64,000 bases of DNA. Source: an uncultured Gammaproteobacteria bacterium. Lineage in GTDB: Bacteria; Pseudomonadota; Gammaproteobacteria; Magnimaribacterales; D2472. The position numbers were made by a program, and so were the translations under genes. Positions 30,967 through 40,536 of the stretch are shown here, in pieces; within the stretch, counting starts at the first letter, position 1, and the number at the start of each line of letters is the position of its first letter. Location: assembly GCA_964546275.1 (NCBI GenBank), contig CAZJJG010000003.1:2012-66011 (forward strand), given 5' to 3'. The notes beneath the pieces were generated by a model. That model was not told the DNA's origin. It ran no database searches and was given only the letters and a program-made list of their open reading frames with translations.

Positions 30967-32172
30967 TTGAAAAAAAAATCATTACTAAGTTCATTATCTT
31001 TCGCTTTAGCAGTAATGCTTGTGAATAGTTGTGCTACTTCTTCAAATAATAGCTTATATAGCAATGAACTTACAAATGATAGTGAGCCTATTCAAGTTCT
31101 TTCTGTTGAAGAGCTTTTTTATATTAGAGATTTAGATACTGAAGAATTAATAAACAAAAGAGCTGTAATAACCGAATCGATAAAATATAAAGGTCTTAGT
31201 AAATCTCAATTAGTTGAGCTTAATTTAATAGCTAACTCTTCTTATGCAAAGCCTTATACAAAAAATATAATAAAAAATTTATATAAAAATGATGAGGCTC
31301 TTAAAAAAAATAAAAGGATAGTTATCAGCCTAGATATAGACGAAGTGTATAAAAATTATTTAATTCAAGCTATAGCTAATTTAGGTTGGAACATAGAGCT
31401 AATTTTTGATAAAAATAATCCAGATATATTTATAAGTTCAAATATTCTTGATGAAAATCTTCCGGGTTTTTGTAGTTCATTTCAAAGAGATCAAGCTGCC
31501 TCAATTGAAAAAGTAATTTTTCGTAAAAACTCTTCTGAATATCAAGATACGCTTGTAATCTATGAAGACGCTTTTAAAAGCGAACATTTCGAACTATTAA
31601 ATAATTATAAAAATATTCGATCTGCTTTATATACTAATAATTCATATGAAATATTTGCATCAAATATTTTAGGTGTTTCAGAAAGCGCAAATAGATTTAA
31701 AAAAATAAATGCCTTACTTCCCAATATAAAGATAAATAATATTCCAAGAGTAAGACAGGACATTAAAAATATTTATTTTCTGATGAGTTATGAAAAAGCT
31801 AAAGGGCTTGTTCCAGCTTTTAGATATAACTACTCAATTGATATTAATTCGTATGCATCTATAAACCTAATTAAAAATATAAGTGACCTTAATAAAATAA
31901 TTGATTTTGAATCGCTTATTATTCCTGCCCCGCATCAACTGGGAGATGTTATATTTTTAGAGCAGTTTTCAAAGAATACTCTTTTAAAAGAAAGACTGAT
32001 TTATGACAACCTGCATGATCTAATTATAAGTATTTATCTTCAAAAAAGTGGCATACAGAAAGCGATTATAAACGGGAGAAGTGGAATACTCTTTATGAAT
32101 GCTGGTCAGTGCACAAGACGAGAATTGCCTCTTAAAAAGATAGATTCTGAAGGAAGTTTTAAGCCTCTCTAA
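30967..32172 (+). CDS. LpoA/LppC-like lipoprotein (PBP activator), shortened
   Basis: TTG start, lipobox VNSC, divergent from rsmI; C-half PRVRQDIKNIYF..LVPAFRYNY...INGRSGIL resembles the LppC domain. Confidence 0.65.
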   Translation: MKKKSLLSSLSFALAVMLVNSCATSSNNSLYSNELTNDSEPIQVLSVEELFYIRDLDTEELINKRAVITESIKYKGLSKSQLVELNLIANSSYAKPYTKNIIKNLYKNDEALKKNKRIVISLDIDEVYKNYLIQAIANLGWNIELIFDKNNPDIFISSNILDENLPGFCSSFQRDQAASIEKVIFRKNSSEYQDTLVIYEDAFKSEHFELLNNYKNIRSALYTNNSYEIFASNILGVSESANRFKKINALLPNIKINNIPRVRQDIKNIYFLMSYEKAKGLVPAFRYNYSIDINSYASINLIKNISDLNKIIDFESLIIPAPHQLGDVIFLEQFSKNTLLKERLIYDNLHDLIISIYLQKSGIQKAIINGRSGILFMNAGQCTRRELPLKKIDSEGSFKPL

Positions 32173-32770
32173 GATCTCTTTCTAAAGGAGAAAGACTATC
32201 AAGGAATCCTGGTCTTTCAAATATTCTACTTTGATAATCAAGCAAAGGTTTTAAGTGTCTATTAACAGGTAAATTAATTCCTAATGATGGTAACCTCCAT
32301 AAGATAGGTCCAAAACATCCATCAACCAGTGAAAATTCATCACTCATAAAAAATTTAAATTCTTTAAAGGTGGATGCTATTGATGCAATCTCATGAAGTA
32401 ACTCTTCTCTTACTTTAATTAATTCCTTCTCAGATAATTTTTTTTCAATCAAAGTATCTACCATTGGGCACCACTCTTTATCAATTCTTAACATCAAAGT
32501 TCTACAATTTGCTCTAGCAACTGGATATACAGGCAATAAAGGAGGATGTGGAAATCTTTCATCTAAGTATTCCATCATTACTCCAGTATCATATAAGCCC
32601 AATTCTCTATCAACCAAAATTGGAAGCTTGTGGTATGGATTTATTGATAGAATTTCTTCAGAAGTTTCTTCTAAAGAGGATTCTCTTATTTCGCAAGTAA
32701 TATCTTTTTCGGCAAGAACTATTCTCACTCTTTGGCTGTAATGGTCGTCTCTGTCTGAATATAAAATCAT
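32159..32770 (-). CDS. sspA: Stringent starvation protein A (GST fold)
   Basis: YSQRVRIVLAEK, LVDREL.LY..VMMEYLDERFPHPPLLPVYPVARA. Confidence 0.96.
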   Translation of the reverse strand: MILYSDRDDHYSQRVRIVLAEKDITCEIRESSLEETSEEILSINPYHKLPILVDRELGLYDTGVMMEYLDERFPHPPLLPVYPVARANCRTLMLRIDKEWCPMVDTLIEKKLSEKELIKVREELLHEIASIASTFKEFKFFMSDEFSLVDGCFGPILWRLPSLGINLPVNRHLKPLLDYQSRIFERPGFLDSLSPLERDLREA

Positions 32771-32782
32771 ATTGTATTTATC

Positions 32783-33613
32783 CTAATGGTAGTCTTTTTG
32801 ATATTCTCTATATAACAGAGATGAAAGAGCAGTGAAAATAATGAAGAAGAATACCACATACCAGCCCAATCTTTCACGCTCAACTTTGTCAGGATCACCA
32901 ACATAGGTTAAAAAATTGGTTAAGTCGTATATAAGTTTATCAAACTCCTCCTGACTTAAGCTTCCTGTGCCATCCTCAACCGATAAAAATCCACATTTTT
33001 CTTTTGTAACTGGTTCGCCAAGATTATCTCTTTTTTCACCGCCATTCTTTGCAATGATTGGTATTTGCTTACAAGTTAATTGCTGATTACCTTGAAGTGC
33101 TGCTAAGACATTTGGCATTGCAGCTCCTGGGTATACTAAATTATTTACTCCATACTGCTTTGAAGAATCCTCATAAAAAGTTCTTAAATAAGTATAAACC
33201 CAATCTGATCCATGTAATCTTGTAACAAGAGTTAAGTCTGGTGGAGCAACTCCAAACCATTCAGCAGAAGATTCTTTTGACATAGAGCCGGCCATTAAGT
33301 CTCCAGGCCTAACAGATGCATCAAAAACTAAATTTTGAAAGAATAATTCTTCAGGAATTTGAAGATCATTAGCAATTCTATTCCATCTTGAATATTGAAG
33401 AGAATGGCATCCATAGCAATATGTTAAGTATGTTGATGCTCCGCTTTGTAAAGAAGGTAGGTCAGTTAATGTATCAGCAAACTCATCACATTCTCCATAA
33501 TCCTTACAAGGGGCTCCTTCAGCTGCATTTAAGCTAGTAAAGCTAAAAACTAAGAAGAGCATAAAGAAGATTACAAACTTAAGGCTAAAAAATGTATTAT
33601 TTTTTTTAATCAT
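32783..33613 (-). CDS. petC: Cytochrome c1
   Basis: CYGCH heme motif, APPDLTL, AMPNVL, C-terminal TM. Confidence 0.95.
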   Translation of the reverse strand: MIKKNNTFFSLKFVIFFMLFLVFSFTSLNAAEGAPCKDYGECDEFADTLTDLPSLQSGASTYLTYCYGCHSLQYSRWNRIANDLQIPEELFFQNLVFDASVRPGDLMAGSMSKESSAEWFGVAPPDLTLVTRLHGSDWVYTYLRTFYEDSSKQYGVNNLVYPGAAMPNVLAALQGNQQLTCKQIPIIAKNGGEKRDNLGEPVTKEKCGFLSVEDGTGSLSQEEFDKLIYDLTNFLTYVGDPDKVERERLGWYVVFFFIIFTALSSLLYREYQKDYH

Positions 33614-34824
33614 AGTCGCTCTGGAACTGGTTTAGTTTTTTCAATGCTTGTATAAATAGGCATTAATAAAAAATAACTAAAATAAATAAATGTACAAATA
33701 ATGCCCATTGTTTTTCTGTGCTCTGTAACACTAACTGTTCCAAGATAACCAAGAGTTAGAAAACTAATTCCAAATAAGACTATAGCTATTTTACTTAAAA
33801 TTCCTTTATATCTTATTGAGGCTACTTTGCTTCGATCCAGCCAGGGAACAACAAAGAAAATTGCTACTGCTGCACCCATAGCTGCAAATCCGCCCAGCTT
33901 ATCAGGGACTGCTCTTAAGATTGAATAATATGGTGAATAATACCAAACTGGGGCGATATGGTCTGGGGTAACAAGTGGATTAGCTTCTTCATAATTTGCA
34001 TACTCAATAAAATATCCACCTCCCTCAGGAAAGAAAAACATTACTATTGCAAATACAGTCATGAAAACACCTATACCAACAAGAGCATTTAGAATTTTAT
34101 ATGGAAAAAATGGCACACTGTCTAAAGGAACTCCGTCTTCATCAGTATGGGCCTCAATATCAACCCCTTCTGGATTTCCTGCTCCAACCTCATGAAGGGC
34201 AACTAGATGAAGAAATACCAGTGCTATTAGGACTAAGGGAAGCGCAACAACATGAAGTGCAAAAAATCTATTTACTGTAATGCCTGAAATATAGTAGTCA
34301 CCTCTTATCCATAATTCTAATGATTCTCCAATATATGGCAAAGCACCAAACAGCGAAATAATTACTTGAGCACCCCAATATGACATTTGTCCATATGGAA
34401 GAACATAGCCAAGAAAACCCTCTGCCATCATTGCGAGATAAATGGTGCAACCAAAAATCCAAACAAGCTCTTTAGGCTTTTGATATGAACCGTAAAGTAA
34501 TCCTCTAAACATATGCAGATAAACTACAGCAAAGAACATGGAAGCTCCTGTGGTATGCATATAACGTATCATCCACCCATAGTCTACATCTCTCATCATG
34601 TACTCTATTGATGCAAATGCAGCATCTCCTGGTGTATAAAGCATAATTAGCCATATACCAGAAATAATTTGAATTATTAAAACAACAGAGGCTAAGGCTC
34701 CAAATAAATACCAAAAATTAACTTTTTTAGGAACAGGATGTTTTGATAAATGTCTTTCATAGGTATTTTGAATTGGAAGTCTGTGATTGACCCAATGAAA
34801 TAGCTTTGTTACTTTATCTGACAT
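33610..34824 (-). CDS. petB: Cytochrome b
   Basis: MRDVDYGWMIRYMHTTGASMFF..VYLHMFRG, GQMSYWGAQVI, RFFALH, PVWY. Confidence 0.98.
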   Translation of the reverse strand: MSDKVTKLFHWVNHRLPIQNTYERHLSKHPVPKKVNFWYLFGALASVVLIIQIISGIWLIMLYTPGDAAFASIEYMMRDVDYGWMIRYMHTTGASMFFAVVYLHMFRGLLYGSYQKPKELVWIFGCTIYLAMMAEGFLGYVLPYGQMSYWGAQVIISLFGALPYIGESLELWIRGDYYISGITVNRFFALHVVALPLVLIALVFLHLVALHEVGAGNPEGVDIEAHTDEDGVPLDSVPFFPYKILNALVGIGVFMTVFAIVMFFFPEGGGYFIEYANYEEANPLVTPDHIAPVWYYSPYYSILRAVPDKLGGFAAMGAAVAIFFVVPWLDRSKVASIRYKGILSKIAIVLFGISFLTLGYLGTVSVTEHRKTMGIICTFIYFSYFLLMPIYTSIEKTKPVPERL

Positions 34825-35396
34825 TAAGACATCTCCTCATCTTCACCAATAGTAAGAATATTTCCTTTAAAATTATGAGGAGGCACTTTAAGATTAGTTG
34901 GTGCTGGAACTCCTTTAAAAACCCTACCCACTAAATCAAACATAGATCCATGGCATGGACAAAAGTAACCACCAGTCCAAGAGGCGTCCCAAGATTTAGG
35001 CTCTACTTCTGGAAAAAACTTAGGAGAGCATCCTAAATGGGTACAAACCCCAACTAAAACAGTGAATTCAGGGCTTTTTGATCTTGTTGGATTTATATCA
35101 CGATAAGGTTCATCAATAGCTTCTGAATTAGGATCTGCAAGTTTAGAAAGACTAGATTCTAAGTTATCTAGACCTGCTTGCGAATGTCTAATAACGAATA
35201 CAGGTTGTTTTCTCCATCCAACTTGAATTTGTTGACCAGGATCAATCTTAGATACATCAACTTTAACCGGGGCACCGATTGCTTTAGCTTTTGCGCTAGG
35301 ATTCCAAGATGCAATAAATGGGGTTGCAGCGAAAGGTACACCTGCGGCACCAAATGCCGAAGTAAGTCCTATCAGTACTTTTCTTCGTGAGTTTAT
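34824..35396 (-). CDS. petA: Rieske 2Fe-2S subunit of bc1 complex (apparent ATA start)
   Basis: Not in ORF track. Open frame of 190 codons: (M)NSRRKVLIGLTS Tat motif, CTHLGC and CPCHGS Rieske motifs, ends GEDEEMS-TAA overlapping the petB ATG. Confidence 0.93.
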   Translation of the reverse strand: MNSRRKVLIGLTSAFGAAGVPFAATPFIASWNPSAKAKAIGAPVKVDVSKIDPGQQIQVGWRKQPVFVIRHSQAGLDNLESSLSKLADPNSEAIDEPYRDINPTRSKSPEFTVLVGVCTHLGCSPKFFPEVEPKSWDASWTGGYFCPCHGSMFDLVGRVFKGVPAPTNLKVPPHNFKGNILTIGEDEEMS

Positions 35397-35440
35397 TTTC
35401 TTCTCCTAAAGTTAAAAAGTGAATAACTCTTGAAAAACTA

Positions 35441-35833
35441 TTAACGTTTTGAAAACTGCTTGCTTTTCCTTGCTTTTACTAGACCTGGTTTCTTCCTTTC
35501 AACTCTTCTGGAGTCTCTTGTTAGAAGGCCAGCAGATTTAAGTTGAGGTCTCAATTCTTCATCATAAGAAATTAAGGCTCTTGATATACCATGTCTAATA
35601 GCACCAGCTTGACCGAAGCTTCCGCCGCCTTTAACCATGACTTTAATATCAAATTTATCTACAGATTCGACTAATTCTAAAGGCTGTAAAACTAACATTT
35701 GAGCTACTTTTCTTCCAAAGTAGATATCAAGCTTGCGATCATTGACCGTAATTTCACCTTTACCTTTACTTAGATATACTCTTGCAGAAGAAGTTTTTCT
35801 TCTTCCAGTTGCGTAATGAATTTCTGATTTCAT
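35441..35833 (-). CDS. rpsI: 30S ribosomal protein S9
   Basis: [13 protein letters not shown]...[13 protein letters not shown]...[17 protein letters not shown]; ATG at 35833. Confidence 0.98.
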   Translation of the reverse strand: MKSEIHYATGRRKTSSARVYLSKGKGEITVNDRKLDIYFGRKVAQMLVLQPLELVESVDKFDIKVMVKGGGSFGQAGAIRHGISRALISYDEELRPQLKSAGLLTRDSRRVERKKPGLVKARKSKQFSKR

Positions 35834-36264
35834 ATTTTTGGTTCCCAAACCTGAGGCTGTTGTGATTCGTGCTCATGCTCTGAACCGCTAAAAACTTTTA
35901 ATTTCTTTATCATGCTTTTACCTAATTTATTTTTAGGCAGCATTCCTTTAACTGCTTCTTCTATAATTTTTTCTGGCTTAGACTCATTCAATTCTCTAAA
36001 AGTTCTAGTTTTAAGCCCTCCAGGATACAAGGAATGAGAATAATATTTTTTATCTTCAAATTTATTACCAGTAACTTTTATGTTTTCTGCATTAATAACC
36101 ACAACATAATCGCCGCCATCAGTATGAGGTGTGAATGTAGGCTTATCTTTGCCCCTAATTCTGTCTGCAATCTTAGTTGCAACTCTTCCAAGAACCATGT
36201 CTGTTACGTCAATAACAAACCATTCTCTTTGTACTTCTTCCTTTTTTAATGCAAATGTTTTCAT
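35830..36264 (-). CDS. rplM: 50S ribosomal protein L13
   Basis: REWFVID...LGRVAT...[21 protein letters not shown]; ATG at 36264. Confidence 0.98.
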   Translation of the reverse strand: MKTFALKKEEVQREWFVIDVTDMVLGRVATKIADRIRGKDKPTFTPHTDGGDYVVVINAENIKVTGNKFEDKKYYSHSLYPGGLKTRTFRELNESKPEKIIEEAVKGMLPKNKLGKSMIKKLKVFSGSEHEHESQQPQVWEPKI

Positions 36265-36287
36265 GTGACCTAGGTTATAAGATGGCA

Positions 36288-36316
36288 ATATTAATGTTTA
36301 CGGAAATAATTAGCAA
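36288..36316 (-). promoter_or_regulatory. Putative sigma70 promoter of rplM-rpsI-pet operon
   Basis: TTGCTA (36316-36311), 17-nt spacer, TAATAT (36293-36288). Confidence 0.45.
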
Positions 36317-36334
36317 TATTTTAATATATTTAAA

Positions 36335-37384
36335 TTAATTTTTCGCTGAATTTAGCAAATATTTTTTACTTTTCATTTCATTGATTCTGCTTTGAGATCT
36401 TTCCCAAAGATATTGAAACTTGCTTCCTGTGTAAATATCTTCTGGATTTATTCCCTCATTAAAGAATTTTACTTTTGTATTTTCTTTATAAGCAACATCA
36501 ATAAAGCTTATAAATCTCCTTATTCTATCAGCTTCATCATCATTGCAAATCATAAATTCATTAATTAATATCCAGTCATAGTCTTTACAAATTTCTATAT
36601 AGTCTTTTGCGCTAGAAGGTTCATGAAAAAATTTATTAAAACTAAGCCAAAGAAATGAATTATTAAATCCATTTGAGCTAAAAGTTCTATTATTAATAAT
36701 AATTTTTTCTTTAAAGTTGTCGCAGGCAAATGTAGATGATATAAATTCTTTTATTTTATTTTTATCAAATAAATTATTTTCATTATTTTCTTCAAATCTT
36801 GATATTAATGAAATTCTGTAATCTTTATCCCCTTCTAGCTTATAAACGTTTAAAAATTTCATCATTAAATCTATTGCTGATAAAAATTTTTGTCTTTGCA
36901 GGCCATCTTGATATAGATTTTCAGGATGAGCATTTGAAGATAAAAGAAAATATATATCTTTTTCAAATAGTTTTTTAAATAAATTTGTTATTAACATAGC
37001 ATCAGCAACGTCCTCAACCTGAAATTCGTCGATAAAAATTACTTCGTAATTAGAAGCTAAAGAATCAGCAATAATATCTAATGGGTTTTTTGTTCCTGAA
37101 AGCTTTTCCAGATCATGGTGAATAGAATGCATAAAATCAATATAGTGAAATTTACCTTTTTTAAAAGTAAGCTCTTCAAAGATTGAGCTTAATATAAGGG
37201 TCTTACCTCTTCCTACATCACCCCATAAATAGAAGCCTTTAAGAGAATTTTTAAATGAATTAAAAAAAAGTCCAGATTTTTTAGGCTTGTGCTTATCAAA
37301 AATATCAATAAAATTAAGCTGAGAGACATCTAATGTAATATCTTTAGATAAAAGCTTTTTTAATATATTTTTTGAAATAGACAT
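36335..37384 (-). CDS. zapE: Cell division ATPase ZapE (AFG1 family)
   Basis: GFYLWGDVGRGKT, FIDEFQVEDVADAM, SSNAHP..LY.DGLQRQKFL, DYR. Confidence 0.9.
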   Translation of the reverse strand: MSISKNILKKLLSKDITLDVSQLNFIDIFDKHKPKKSGLFFNSFKNSLKGFYLWGDVGRGKTLILSSIFEELTFKKGKFHYIDFMHSIHHDLEKLSGTKNPLDIIADSLASNYEVIFIDEFQVEDVADAMLITNLFKKLFEKDIYFLLSSNAHPENLYQDGLQRQKFLSAIDLMMKFLNVYKLEGDKDYRISLISRFEENNENNLFDKNKIKEFISSTFACDNFKEKIIINNRTFSSNGFNNSFLWLSFNKFFHEPSSAKDYIEICKDYDWILINEFMICNDDEADRIRRFISFIDVAYKENTKVKFFNEGINPEDIYTGSKFQYLWERSQSRINEMKSKKYLLNSAKN

Positions 37385-37385
37385 T

Positions 37386-38411
37386 ATGCAAAAAGAAAAT
37401 AATTTAAGTACAAATAAAATTACTCAAATTTTATTAATAGCGTTTCCTGTGTTACTCATAATTTCATTATCACAATTTTTTTATCATAATGATAATAAAT
37501 TTGTTTCAGCTTCTGAGAAAGCTATTAGATCAGTTGTAACTATTCACACATCAAGCAATAAAAATATTTTAAGTAATAGATATGCAAGCTCTAAAAATAT
37601 TGGATCTGGAGTAATAATTTCAGAAGATGGACATGTTGTTACCAATAGTCACTTATTAATACCAAATGGGAAAATAATAATTGGTCATACCAACGGTGAA
37701 ATGAGCGAGGGAGTTTTGGTAGGTCGAGATGATGACTCTGACTTAGCAGTTATAAAAACTGATGTAGACTTTAGCATGGTACCAATTGAGATTGGTAATA
37801 GCTCAGGGGTTAGAATTGGAGATAAAGTTTTAGCTATAGGAAATCCTTATAATATTGGTCTTTCTGTCACTAGCGGCATTATAAGTGCTACAGGAAGAGA
37901 TTATGGAAATCCCTACTTAGAATTAATTCAAACAGATGCCGCTATAAATCCAGGCAATTCAGGAGGAGCTTTGATAAATGAAGAAGGTTATCTTGTTGGA
38001 ATTAATACAAAAATATATTCGCAAACTGGTTCATATGAAGGCTTGGGTTTTGCAATACCATCAGAGAAAGTCTTTCAAGTCGCATCTGAATTAATTAGAT
38101 ATGGGAAAGTAAGAAATGCATGGATTGGTAATTTCCGAGTAAAACAAATTCGTTTTTTAGATAATAATCAAACTATTGGTCTACAAATTATTGAAATTGG
38201 TAAAAAAGGCCCATTGATTAATGCTGGCATCAATCAGGGTGATATTATAATTGGAATAAATGATGATATTGGGTCATGGAAAAATTTAACTGAAGCTTTA
38301 AGGCTAGTATTTCCTGGGGATATCATAAAATTAGAATTTTTTACCAAAGAGACTTCTGAACAGTTACTGTTAGAAATAAAAACTGAGCCTCTTAACCAGG
38401 CAGACGAGTAA
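37386..38411 (+). CDS. HtrA/DegS-like membrane-anchored serine protease with PDZ domain
   Basis: N-terminal TM, GSGVII...VVTNSH, DLAV, QTDAAINPGNSGGAL, C-terminal PDZ. Confidence 0.88.
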   Translation: MQKENNLSTNKITQILLIAFPVLLIISLSQFFYHNDNKFVSASEKAIRSVVTIHTSSNKNILSNRYASSKNIGSGVIISEDGHVVTNSHLLIPNGKIIIGHTNGEMSEGVLVGRDDDSDLAVIKTDVDFSMVPIEIGNSSGVRIGDKVLAIGNPYNIGLSVTSGIISATGRDYGNPYLELIQTDAAINPGNSGGALINEEGYLVGINTKIYSQTGSYEGLGFAIPSEKVFQVASELIRYGKVRNAWIGNFRVKQIRFLDNNQTIGLQIIEIGKKGPLINAGINQGDIIIGINDDIGSWKNLTEALRLVFPGDIIKLEFFTKETSEQLLLEIKTEPLNQADE

Positions 38412-39651
38412 TATCGGCACCTAAATAAGATAATTTTTCTTCTATCCTCTCATAACCCCTATCAATATGATAAATTCTATCAACAATGGTGTCACCATTT
38501 GCAACTAAACCTGCAAGGATCAGACTAGCAGATGCTCTTAAATCTGTAGCCATAACTTGAGCCCCTGAAATTTTTTCAACACCAGTTATATGTGCTTGAT
38601 TGCCTTTAATTAAAATATTGCAGCCCATTCTGCTTAATTCTTGAACATGCATAAATCTATTTTCAAATACATTCTCTTGAACCATAGATTTTCCATCTGC
38701 AAGTGCATTTAAAACAGAAAATTGAGCCTGCATATCAGTAGGAAAACCTGGAAAAGGTGATGTCGAAATATCAACAGGTATTGGTCGCTTAGAGTTCATG
38801 CTTAGACTAATACTATTCTTATCTGTTGAAATAAGGGCTCCTGATAACTTAAGTCGATCAATTACATTTGTTAATCTTTCAGGCTGAATTGAGTTAATTT
38901 TAATATCTCCTCCAGTTAAAGCAGCTGCTACAAGATAAGTGCCAGCCTCTATCCTATCTGCAGGAATTGTATATGTCGTTGAATGAAGAGATGAAACTCC
39001 TTCTATCGTAATTACTTCAGATCCAGCTCCTTTGACTGAAGCGCCCATTCTATTTAGCAAGTCAGCAAGGTCAGATATCTCAGGTTCCATAGCAACATTT
39101 CTTAATGTGGTTGTGCCCTCTGCTAAACAGGCAGCCATCATTATATTTTCAGTTCCAGTAACAGTAACGCCATCAAAAATAATATCTGCACCTATTAATT
39201 TTTTAGCTCTTGCTTCGATGTAACCATTTTCAAGAGTAATGGATGCGCCCAATTGCTTTAAGGAATCTAAATGAAAATTTACTGGTCTAGATCCAATTGC
39301 ACATCCTCCAGGAAGAGCAATTTTTGCATAACCATACTTAGCAACCATTGGTCCTAAAACTAAAATAGATGCACGCATTGTTTTAACAAGTTCATATCTA
39401 GCCTCTAGATCATTCAAATTATTGGAAGCTATAGAAAAATCCATACTCTCGTCTAAAGATATATCTGCTCCCATAGAACCAAGCAACTCAAACATTGTTG
39501 TTATGTCTTGAAGGTAAGGAAGATTTTTAAATATTATGGCCTCATCGTTAAGAATTGTTGCCGCTATCATTGGCAATGCAGCATTTTTTGCACCAGAACA
39601 TGAAATCTCTCCACTCAGAGTTTTTCCACCTTTTATTAAGAGTTTTTCCAT
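38392..39651 (-). CDS. murA: UDP-GlcNAc enolpyruvyl transferase
   Basis: SGAKNAALP, MRASILVLGP, LPGGCAIGSRP, PGFPTDMQ, DLRASA. Confidence 0.98.
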   Translation of the reverse strand: MEKLLIKGGKTLSGEISCSGAKNAALPMIAATILNDEAIIFKNLPYLQDITTMFELLGSMGADISLDESMDFSIASNNLNDLEARYELVKTMRASILVLGPMVAKYGYAKIALPGGCAIGSRPVNFHLDSLKQLGASITLENGYIEARAKKLIGADIIFDGVTVTGTENIMMAACLAEGTTTLRNVAMEPEISDLADLLNRMGASVKGAGSEVITIEGVSSLHSTTYTIPADRIEAGTYLVAAALTGGDIKINSIQPERLTNVIDRLKLSGALISTDKNSISLSMNSKRPIPVDISTSPFPGFPTDMQAQFSVLNALADGKSMVQENVFENRFMHVQELSRMGCNILIKGNQAHITGVEKISGAQVMATDLRASASLILAGLVANGDTIVDRIYHIDRGYERIEEKLSYLGADITRLPG

Positions 39652-39881
39652 TAAATATTTTCCATATTTGTTTTAGTCTTTAAACTTAACGCATGTAAAT
39701 CCCCAGATTTAAAAGAATCAGACAATAAATCTAATACCATTCTATGCCTTTTAAGCATCGACATTCCTTCAAAACTATCTGAAATAACAAGAAGTTGAAG
39801 ACTGCAATCGTCTCCTATAAATTCAAGGCTAGCCTCAGGTAAAGATTTTTGGATTATTTCTTTGATTGCTTCTTTATTCAT
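39651..39881 (-). CDS. BolA family protein (IbaG-like)
   Basis: VISDSFEGMSMLKRHRMV...LHALSLKT; upstream of murA; start MNKEAI (39881). Confidence 0.88.
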   Translation of the reverse strand: MNKEAIKEIIQKSLPEASLEFIGDDCSLQLLVISDSFEGMSMLKRHRMVLDLLSDSFKSGDLHALSLKTKTNMENI

Positions 39882-40491
39882 CGAAAGCGCCTGCATCAGA
39901 AACCCAAGATTGTATTGTTTTATTCATATCGCCATTATTTGAATCAGCAAGTGCTCTAAATTGATTTCTAAAAGTTAAGCCTAGGTTTACGCCGTTCACT
40001 ACTATATTAATAATTTTCCAATCATCACCCTGCTTTCTTAAAGTGTATTTAATTGGGTAGACGCTGCTTGAAGTATAGAGGTTTTGCCTTACAGATACCT
40101 GATTTTCAAAAACCATATCGTCTGGTATATCAGTAACTATTTTTTGATCTTGCCATTGAGCAAGAGTTTCAGAGTATGTATCCAGGAGAGAGTTTTTAAA
40201 AATCTCTATAAACTCTGCGCGCTCCTTTTTCGTTGCGGCAACATAATAACTCTTACCCATAACTAGCGCTGAGACTCTTCTAAAATCTATAATTGGCTCA
40301 AAAATAACCTTGATTTCATTCTCATAAGCATCCCTGTCAGAATAAAAAAGTTCACTATTTATTTTTAGAACCTGAACCATTTCTTGAGCTTTACTGTCTA
40401 TAAATAAATGAGGATTTGTTTCAGCATTAGCTCCACAAGGAATTACAAGAAAAGCTATTAGTAAAAAATAATTTTTCAGTATGGATAACAT
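39874..40491 (-). CDS. mlaC: Periplasmic phospholipid shuttle MlaC (Ttg2D)
   Basis: Signal peptide, IIDFRRVSALVMG, EFIEIFKNSLLDTY, WKIINIVVNGVNLGLTFRNQF. Confidence 0.88.
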   Translation of the reverse strand: MLSILKNYFLLIAFLVIPCGANAETNPHLFIDSKAQEMVQVLKINSELFYSDRDAYENEIKVIFEPIIDFRRVSALVMGKSYYVAATKKERAEFIEIFKNSLLDTYSETLAQWQDQKIVTDIPDDMVFENQVSVRQNLYTSSSVYPIKYTLRKQGDDWKIINIVVNGVNLGLTFRNQFRALADSNNGDMNKTIQSWVSDAGAFDE

Positions 40492-40536
40492 TGCTCTATT
40501 ATATCATTTGAATGATAAGAAAAATTATATGAAATT

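Noticed and set aside
30970-30978. A9 homopolymer at the lpoA-like start as a phase-variation tract
   Set aside because: It is in frame (KKK of the signal n-region), and such runs are frequent at this AT content.
34824-35396. petA as a pseudogene
   Set aside because: The frame is uninterrupted, the Tat and both Rieske motifs are intact, it has a strong SD and is coupled to petB.
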